From a virus, in the IMG/VR virus record IMGVR_UViG_3300027963_000039: a stretch of 64,000 nt of DNA, one strand, 5' to 3'. Every line of letters starts with the position of its first letter. The stretch's first letter is position 1. A model generated the notes under the pieces. The model was not told the DNA's origin and ran no database searches. It worked only from the letters and a program-made list of their open reading frames with translations. Positions 56,344 to 64,000 of this stretch are shown piece after piece. The translations under genes and the position numbers were made by a program.

Positions 56344-58106
56344 ATGACTGTAATTGCTAAGGTTAATAATAGGGTGGTTGAGATTGTAAAGACTGCTGGT
56401 AATGTACCTTTTTCGAATCGTTTTGGTTGGGTTATGATCTGTATGGACTTTCATCAGCCTGAACGGATGAAAAGTCAATTCAAGTGGGTACCTGCGGATA
56501 CTCGGTTTGAATGGGTAAGAGAGTTTTGTTTTGAGTAGTTGACCAATCCGGTCAGGTATTGGTTGACTATTCCTAGGATTTGTTGTATAATTTAGTCTTT
56601 ATTGTTTGGAGTACATGATGTTTGGTGGTAAAATTTTGGTGAATACACGTAAAACCGTTGAAGGTTCTTATAGGCAGGAATCATATTCTGATTCATGGCA
56701 GGATTCTATCGATATTGCCTATGACGGTGAATTGACACATGAAGTTTGTGAGGCAATTAAGAATGCTTTTTTCAAGTCAAAGGCACGGCAGAAGCCAGAA
56801 TCTGGTTATGGCCAATTGCGTTGGTCGGCTGGTGATTATGTTTCCCATATCGATGTTGCCAAAAAGCAGTTGATTTTGTCTTGTTCCGTGAATATTTGTG
56901 ATTGATATATGATGAATGAATTTTTGAAAAAACTATACGATGCGTCTGTGGAATATGTTGCAGACCAAGATGACGGTACGATAAGTCAATTGGAATTGAA
57001 TCATATTTGTGCTGAAACATTTGCCAATTCAATTACATATATGTGCTTGGATATATGTGAGAAAATTGGTGACCAAGGTCTGGATGCACATTATGCTGCC
57101 GATGAAATTTGCAGAGTCTTTGGAATGAGAAAATGATAGTAAACAATCACAAACCTAATCGATCTGGCGTTTATCTGGTCGACCGTACTTCCGAGAAACT
57201 AGGCACACCTTTTCGTTTCTATAATGCAGAAACGGACACCTGGGGCCTTTGTTCTTATGATTACGACACGGCACTACAAAACAAAACCAATACCACGCTC
57301 GGTGTGTTGCCTTGGGTCGGTCCTGCAAAACCGTCCAAACCAGCGGTTGAACAACCAGAAGCCGTGACAACAAAAACCAAATTGGCTCGGTTGGCTCGGT
57401 CACCAAAAACTGTAGAACCAACCAAAAACCTATTGGTCGATGGTTCTGTATTCTTCCGTGAAGATCGTAAAAAATGGGTTGTAGTCATTGACGGCAAACA
57501 ACCTTGTGCCCGTGATACCAAAGACGGCATACTTAAATGGTTATCGAAAAAGTTCCCTAGTGTTCGACCTATTCTTTAAAGAAAGTTTAAATTAAAAATG
57601 GATATTAAAAAATCATATATTCTGTCCTGTACTATTGCGTTTTTATCAGGATTAATCACGGCCTACATTTTTGCAAATTTGCTCAATGATTGGAAAACAA
57701 CCAATAACATCAAAACTTGCCTAAAAGTCGAAGGCACGGATTTGGATTATTGCAAAAAGTTAATAGAAAGAATGTACAAATGAATTTCGAAATCTTAAAA
57801 AACACCGAAAAATTAAATCTTAGTTCCTACCAAGGCTACGTTATTACCAATTATAACGATTTAGTCGAAAAGTTTGGTTTACCGCTTTACGGCCCCCATG
57901 CCGATATCGATGGGAAAGTGACCTGTGAATGGTGTATCGAATTTGGAGACGGTTCCGTAGCGTCCATCTATGACTGGAAGACTGGAGGAACGCCCCTAGG
58001 CGAGTACGAATGGCACATAGGCGGTTTCACGGATGAAGTCGTGGAGCACGTCCAATCCTTGCTTCACAAATCTGTCACAATGAAGAAGTCTAGGACTGTT
58101 GTATAA
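56344..58106 (+). CDS. Six small hypothetical early ORFs (about 56344-56538, 56615-56905, 56909-57136, 57133-57579, 57598-57783, 57780-58106)
   Basis: Contiguous + strand ORFs with RBSs or ATGA overlaps; no function recognised. Confidence 0.55.
56539..56591 (+). promoter_or_regulatory. TTGACC-N5-GGTCAG operator + sigma70 promoter
   Basis: 56539-56555; TTGACT(56563)-17-TATAAT. Confidence 0.75.
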
Positions 58107-58174
58107 AAACAACGTTGTTCCTGTACAACAAACCACCATCTTTTGCTTGACGGACCGTCCTGGAAGTGTATAAT
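58097..58174 (+). promoter_or_regulatory. Tandem (T/C)GTTG-N8-CAAC(A/G) operators + sigma70 promoter
   Basis: 58097-58114 and 58113-58130; TTGACG(58147)-16-TATAAT. Confidence 0.75.
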
Positions 58175-58199
58175 AACCATTTTAATCAAGAGAAAATCT

Positions 58200-59093
58200 A
58201 TGTCTAATTTGAACCCTAACATTAAACTGGTCAACGGAAAATATACGGCCGTTATCAACGGAAAAGTTGTAAAACGTACAAAACTGGAACACATGGAATA
58301 CGTATTGCGTAAAGCTGGCATGGCACCAGAATCTAAGTCTGCACCTGTCAAAGAATCCAAATTCACCATCAACCAACGCTTTGGTTTCCTGTCAGATATG
58401 ATCACCATGCTTGCCAAAGGCGACCAACCATCCGTTGTTGTGACTGGTCCAGGCGGTCTTGGCAAGTCCCACACCGTGACCGCATCATTGACTAAAGCCG
58501 GTTTGCGTGATATGTCCGTGCTTGATGAGTTTGATGTTGGTGCTGGTGTACCAAAAAGTGCGTTTGTTGTGATCAAAGGTTATTCTACACCTAAAGGTCT
58601 CTATCGCACCTTGTATGAGAATCGTAATTCTACCATTGTTTTCGATGATTGTGATTCCGTTTTGCGTGATCCTGTCAGCTTAAACTTGTTGAAAGGTGCT
58701 CTCGATTCTTATTCTAAGCGTGTGATCAGCTGGCGTGCAGATATCAAAGATGAAGATTTGCCTACATCTTTTGAGTTCAAAGGTCGTGTTGTGTTTATCT
58801 CTAACATGAGTTCTTCCAGTTTAGATCAAGCAATCATTACTCGCTCTTTGGCTGTTGACTTGTCAATGACAGCAGAACAGAAAATCGAGCGCATGAGTTT
58901 CTTGTTGTCTGAAGGTTCATTTATGCCTGAGTATGATATGCAACACAAACGTGATGCTCTTAATTTGATTTCCGATCTCAAAGATGATGTAAAAGAATTG
59001 TCCTTGCGTACCTTGATTCAAGTTACCAAGATTCGTAAGTCCAATCCTAACGGTGCTTGGAAAAACTTGGCAGAATATGCCATCTGCGGTTAA
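58200..59093 (+). CDS. P-loop/AAA-like ATPase
   Basis: VTGPGGLGKS, IVFDDCD, LLKGALDS, VFISN, R finger TRS. Confidence 0.85.
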   Translation: MSNLNPNIKLVNGKYTAVINGKVVKRTKLEHMEYVLRKAGMAPESKSAPVKESKFTINQRFGFLSDMITMLAKGDQPSVVVTGPGGLGKSHTVTASLTKAGLRDMSVLDEFDVGAGVPKSAFVVIKGYSTPKGLYRTLYENRNSTIVFDDCDSVLRDPVSLNLLKGALDSYSKRVISWRADIKDEDLPTSFEFKGRVVFISNMSSSSLDQAIITRSLAVDLSMTAEQKIERMSFLLSEGSFMPEYDMQHKRDALNLISDLKDDVKELSLRTLIQVTKIRKSNPNGAWKNLAEYAICG

Positions 59094-59377
59094 TAGGAGA
59101 AATTATGACTAATGCAGAGTTGATTAGTAAATTGGAACAGGCCCAACGCCTATTGTCGGACGTATATCATTGGGCGGATACACCAATGACCTTGGTACGC
59201 ACAAAAACGTCTAATGGTTTTGAAGGTAAGACAATTAGAACAAATTCCGAAGTTGCCAGCCAAATGAGTATAGCAGACTCTTGTATTATTGATGCGCTTG
59301 AAGCATTGGATTGGAATAGGGGAATTGATTAATGTCTAGAATGTCTGATTTGGTTGTTGATGTTAATGGTATACACA

Positions 59378-59818
59378 ATGAAAGTTATTAAACATGACTT
59401 TGGCGTTCGTCCAATTTGTATCACACCAAGATGCAAAAACGAATGCCAATTTATGGGAACATACCGTGTTGACGGTAGTCCAATATACCGGAGATTTTGT
59501 GGGAGTTGCCATATTGAAAGACAAGCGACTAAAAAAGGACAAACAAAAGCGGAATGGGTAAATGCAATGCACCCATACAGAAAATACCGCAAAGATTATT
59601 GTGAGAATAAAGACGGCAGATTCGGATTCAAGTGCAATTACAAAATAAGATTCTCTGGCCAATTGCAGGTTGACCATAAAAATGGAAATCCAACCGATGA
59701 TAGGTCAAAGAACTTGCAAACATTGTGTGCCAATTGTCATATTTTCAAAACCTTCAGTAAAGGTGATAATAAGACACATGGCAGGAAGTATTTTACAGAA
59801 TTGTTAAAGGCGGCTTAA
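59378..59818 (+). CDS. HNH endonuclease with Cys-rich N-terminus
   Basis: LQVDHKNGNPTDD..NLQTLCANCH. Confidence 0.85.
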   Translation: MKVIKHDFGVRPICITPRCKNECQFMGTYRVDGSPIYRRFCGSCHIERQATKKGQTKAEWVNAMHPYRKYRKDYCENKDGRFGFKCNYKIRFSGQLQVDHKNGNPTDDRSKNLQTLCANCHIFKTFSKGDNKTHGRKYFTELLKAA

Positions 59819-59830
59819 GGAGAAAAAAAT

Positions 59831-60999
59831 ATGGGTTTAGATATGTATGCTTTTTCAGTTGCAAAAGAAAATGCAATTGATGATTTTAAAATTGCTTTAG
59901 GCACAGATGGTTTCATGATTCAAAAAGAAGAATTGTTCTATTGGCGAAAGCACCACGATCTTCATGGTTGGATGGAACGTTTGTATCGTTCAAAAGGCGG
60001 CAGTAAAGAATCTTTTAATTGTGAGGCACTAAAACTTACCAGTAGAGATTTGGATGCTCTAGAGTTAGATGTGACGACCAATTCTTTACCTGAAACAAAA
60101 GGTTTCTTTTTTGGTGTTAATGTACCAGATGAAGAATCTATCGAATCAGATTTGGAATTTATTTCAAAAGCAAGAGAAGCTATTGAAATGGGCGATTGTG
60201 TTTATTATTATTCTTGGTGGTAATTATGAGTAGAATGTCTGAATTGTATATGGAAATTTGTGAATTGTCTAATCAGGGATACAAACCTACCAGTATTGCT
60301 ACTATGCTGGGTTTGCCATTAGATACCGTTAATAACGTTCTGTTTGATGATGTAGAAGAGCCGTATGAACCGGAAGATTACCGATACTATGATGGTGAGT
60401 AAATCAGTCAGTCTTTACATTTTAAGTAAATGATTGTTTTTTGGATAATTGTTGGAATTTTTGTTTTTGAATTTGTTTTAGGATTCATTGTTACCCTATG
60501 TATTAGAAAATGGGGAATTTATGGTCGTCATTAATTTGTTAAGGAATTGGATATGATTACAATAGATGGTTTGACCAAAGCACAAACTAAATTGCTCGAT
60601 ACAATGTGGAGTATCGATGGTTATGATGATTATTTGAAATGGAAATCGGAACTTTCCGAATCCAAACAATTAGAAGTAGAATTGTTGGAAGAAATGTTGA
60701 TGTTGGCCGATATAGATGATATTGAAGATGTTTCTCAAGCTCGAAACATACTTGCAAATTTTTAAGGAATGAAAATGAAAGTATCAGAATTAATTGAATT
60801 ACTACAGGACATGAATGAAGAAGCAGAAGTGCATTTTTCATACAATTACGGTGATCATTGGCGGACAAAAGTATCACCTTCAGTAGATGAAGTCTATGAT
60901 GGTTATATTGAGTATTCTGATTACCATCGAATGTATAAACTGATTGATGAATATAGTGATGATGTAGGCGATGCACGTAAAGTGGTCGTTTTAAGTTAA
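59831..60999 (+). CDS. Four hypothetical ORFs (59831-60223, ~60226-60402, ~60553-60765, 60769-60999)
   Basis: RBSs; first begins MGLDMY..YWRKH..LHGW and ends YYSWW, a common phage family pattern. Confidence 0.6.
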
Positions 61000-61000
61000 T

Positions 61001-61425
61001 ATGAACGAACGAATTAAACAACTTGCTGAACAGGCTGGTTTGAATGATGCTTATATGAATTTTGACCATAAATACTTCGCCCAGTTGATTGTGCGAGAAT
61101 GTTTAGGCATTGTACACGATGCTGAACGAGGTGGTAGTAATGAAATATGGGACAATGCCGTGAAGTTTATTAGACGAGATTTACAAGAACATTTTGGAGT
61201 TGAAGAATGAACGAACGAATTCGAGAACTTGCTGAACTGTCTGGTCTTGCGTTTGAGAAGTTCGCCCAGTTGATTGTTCAGGAATGCATGAATCAAGTAA
61301 GAGAACAATATCTGCCCGTGCTAAAAGATGAACTTATGATGAAGGACACGCATTGGAAGGGTTATGTCCAGTGCGGGGTTGATAGTTATGTAGCGATTAA
61401 AGAACATTTCGGAGTTGAAGAATGA
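61001..61425 (+). CDS. Two tandem paralogous small proteins (MNERI...FAQLIV.EC...EHFGVEE)
   Basis: 61001-61210 and 61207-61425 share DNA blocks ATGAACGAACGAATT, TTCGCCCAGTTGATTGT and GAACATTTYGGAGTTGAAGAATGA. Confidence 0.8.
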
Positions 61426-61584
61426 CTATTAATAGTGATGTCAAACAAAAACAAAAAGAAGCCAATCGTTTGTATGAAAAAAAATGGCAACGTCAACAGA
61501 CCATCGAAGTAATCAAAGGACTAGTATTTTTAGTAATTTTTATGGGTGCTATTGTGGTGCTGTCTTTGTTATAAGGATTGAAGA

Positions 61585-62739
61585 ATGATTGACTATACAC
61601 CGGACAAATGGATCATGATTAAATTAACCAATCAAGAAAACGAATCACACTATAGGATTTTTGCTTGTTGGTATGGTGGTTATCTTGGTAGTGATAGTTG
61701 GCGGATGAATTCTGGTGTTACCGAAGTATCCGAAGATGAACAAGGATATCATTTTAAAGGGTCATCTGGTTCGGTGTATTATTGTAATAAACGTATGTAT
61801 GGAACTAGTGGATATGGCCAATCAGTATTAATTGATATGATTGAAAAAAGCAAAGAAAAAGTTATAATGAAAATTATGCCAGAAGATGTTAATTTTATGG
61901 AGTTAGATTATGGGAACTAATTATTACGTTGCAAAGAACAAGTGTGATTGCTGTAAGCGAGTTGATCATGAGTATCATATCGGCAAATCATCATATGGCT
62001 GGGCATTTTCATTTCAGGGTTATAAATGGAATAAACTCACTTCATGGAAACAATGGAAAGAGTTTCTGAAAAGTCAGCAGATTATCGATGAATATGGTGA
62101 TGATATCTCATATGAAGAATTTGTTAATATGGTTGAGACATATAAAGCTCCAGGTTTTGTCCGTGAAGATGGTCATGTCAATCTTCAGCACAACAACTAT
62201 GTGCGTGAGAACAGCAGATTTCCTTCTGACTACAATCCTGAATATAACTGGAACGATGATGACGGGTATTCTTTTACTACTCATGAATTTTCATAATATT
62301 AATGGAATACATAGAAGGTGTGGACACTTGTAATAATTACATTAATAAACGGTGGTAAATCTCCACCAAAAATACAGGAACTACCATATAAAACAAAACA
62401 AGAATGCCTTGTTTCGAAAAGAAAAATGGAAGTTTCTGGAACTATCTTTGGTTACTGTGAACAAAGAAATGGAGAAAAAAAATGAGCAACGAACAAGATA
62501 AATTTAAACACTCTAAAAGATTATATCGTGACGAAACAGCAATCGCAAAACAAACTAGGATTGCCAAAGAATATGGAATCGATGTAAGAGAGCCAAATCG
62601 TTTTAATAAACATCATCCAACAAACTGCGGCAATCCAAAATGTGTAATGTGTGCAAATCCCCGAAAAGTATTTAAAGAAAAAACAGTCAAAGAAAAGTCG
62701 TTTGAGCAAAAAGGTTTAATTCCACCTTGGGAATGTTGA
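61585..62739 (+). CDS. Three hypothetical ORFs (61585-61920, 61910-62296, 62482-62739)
   Basis: RBSs; Cys motifs (CDCC; CGNPKCVMC). Confidence 0.6.
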
Positions 62740-62800
62740 TGTTGTTTTAAAACAACAAACTTAAAATACTGCTTGACTATCTCCATTGGTATGATACAAT
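62740..62800 (+). promoter_or_regulatory. TGTTG-N8-CAACA operator + sigma70 promoter
   Basis: 62740-62757; TTGACT(62773)-16-TACAAT with extended TG. Confidence 0.78.
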
Positions 62801-62829
62801 GGTATCTTTAAATCGATGGAGAAGTCATC

Positions 62830-63219
62830 ATGGAAATTCTTAAAGAAGTTACTGTTTGGGATTCTGAATTTCAACCCAACCACACATATTTGCTTTCTGG
62901 CAAAGGCAATATTATTGCGTATGCAAAAAATCACGGAGATGAAGTGTTTGTATCACCGTCAGGTAAAATCACACTTAATAAAAGTCGCCGTAAATTCATA
63001 ACATCTAAACATACTGGTTTGTTGAAAGTTATGAAATCTGTCTCCAAACCAATACATACCAATCCACAATGGAGTATTCTCTCCGATTCTGGTAAGACTT
63101 ATACCGTAGAACTGGATAACGGTAAATACACCTGTAGCTGTCCTGGTCATACCTATCGTGGAAAATGCAAGCATACCGAACTTGTTGCGAAAAAACAACA
63201 AGAAGGAAATAATGCTTGA
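62830..63219 (+). CDS. SWIM zinc-finger protein
   Basis: YTV...CSCPG..YRGKCKH. Confidence 0.8.
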   Translation: MEILKEVTVWDSEFQPNHTYLLSGKGNIIAYAKNHGDEVFVSPSGKITLNKSRRKFITSKHTGLLKVMKSVSKPIHTNPQWSILSDSGKTYTVELDNGKYTCSCPGHTYRGKCKHTELVAKKQQEGNNA

Positions 63220-63243
63220 CTTTTGCCGTGGTACCTGTACAAT
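63183..63243 (+). promoter_or_regulatory. TGTTG-N8-CAACA operator + sigma70 promoter
   Basis: 63183-63200; TTGACT(63216)-16-TACAAT. Confidence 0.78.
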
Positions 63244-63272
63244 TACATACATCTTAACTTAAAGAGTAAACT

Positions 63273-63488
63273 ATGAAATTGCCTTTTGATTGCACCGTTA
63301 TTGACAAAGAACCTCAATACATTACCAACCCATTTTCTGGTGAAGGTTGTATGTTGTCTCCTGAAGCAGTTGCTGTGTATGATACAATGCGTGGTTGTGA
63401 AATGTTTGGTGATTACAAAACTTTGCGTAAAGGCCTCGATTGGTTTCGTAAATACTTTCCTCAAGAATATATGATTTTATTGGATTAA
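63273..63488 (+). CDS. Conserved small phage hypothetical protein
   Basis: NPFSGE...AVAVYD..G.E...GLDWF....Y..LLD. Confidence 0.7.
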   Translation: MKLPFDCTVIDKEPQYITNPFSGEGCMLSPEAVAVYDTMRGCEMFGDYKTLRKGLDWFRKYFPQEYMILLD

Positions 63489-63628
63489 CATGGAAAAATC
63501 TACTAGAAAAAAAACTAGAGCGCATTATGTTCTTTTTTGTATGAATACACCCTACAAACCAAAACAAGTGCAATCTAAAATTGCTTACAATCGAAAAGAT
63601 AAACACAAATTGAAAGAAAGTTTAAATC

Positions 63629-64000
63629 ATGAATAAAAATGCAAAATCATTTATTGTTGCAGCTGAAACGATTTTTGGTAAAAATTCACTTTTGACCCGT
63701 GACGGCATTGATGAAGTTTGCAAAGAATCAGGCGCACCTTATCCATATTGGCTTGTAACAAAAACAGAATACCGAGCAGGCCGTGGCATGTATCGTGTTC
63801 CAGATTCCGGTGAAAATATTAAACAAGTGAAACAAAGTGAAACTCAACATGAAAGCGAAGAAATGCAAACAGAAGTAGCCTATGCTCAAGTCGTACAACT
63901 ACGACAACCAAAACTCATTGACGAATCTGATTCTGCTATTCCAGAAAAATATCCAGATTATGTTCCTTTTGGTTTCTTTAAAGAACTAAAAACTATCATT
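63629..64000 (+). CDS. N-terminus of probable CobS/MoxR-like AAA+ ATPase (truncated by window end)
   Basis: Open frame MNKNAKSF...YPYWL...RGMYRVP...IPEKYPDYVPFGFF resembling the N-terminus of T4-like phage CobS-type ATPases; Walker motifs lie outside the window. Confidence 0.55.
   Translation, partial: MNKNAKSFIVAAETIFGKNSLLTRDGIDEVCKESGAPYPYWLVTKTEYRAGRGMYRVPDSGENIKQVKQSETQHESEEMQTEVAYAQVVQLRQPKLIDESDSAIPEKYPDYVPFGFFKELKTII

Noticed and set aside
58064-58576. 170-aa minus-strand ORF
   Set aside because: Antisense to the ATPase and overlapping its promoter; explained by codon bias
59378-59818. HNH as part of a mobile intron
   Set aside because: Free-standing between intact small ORFs with no interrupted host gene

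Overview
This is a 64-kb segment of a large, AT-rich T4-like (Tevenvirinae/Kyanoviridae-grade) myophage genome. Every credible gene is on the + strand. Two-component spanins and a GH19 endolysin imply a Gram-negative host. Layout: (1) 1-4.0 kb: array of 21 tRNAs interleaved with several unassigned structured RNAs, a GATase-like gene, a YkuK-like RNase H and GroES. (2) 4-13 kb: replication core (gp43, UvsX, gp40, gp41) with inserted 2OG-Fe(II) oxygenases. (3) 13-31 kb: late region with a variable nuclease slot, an ADP-ribosyltransferase, an 8-gene glycosylation cluster and several proteins with T4-like capsid-targeting N-termini (some His-rich), plus protease-linker polyproteins. (4) 31-37.5 kb: lysis genes enclosing an exported Cys-rich module and a QueC-like gene. 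(5) 37.5-46.7 kb: primase, ThyX, class I RNR and RNase H. (6) 46.7-64 kb: early region of small ORFs driven by sigma70 promoters with two recurring palindromic operators, and a candidate origin near 53.5-54.3 kb. Most novel-looking signals: a putative virion-packaged, protease-processed enzyme suite (ART, ligase-fold NTase, nuclease, NTase-kinase); a nested gene with its own late promoter and RBS; the unassigned ncRNAs and tRNA mimics in the tRNA array; and the exported disulfide-repeat module. All assignments come from reading motifs by eye; no database searches or folding programs were run.
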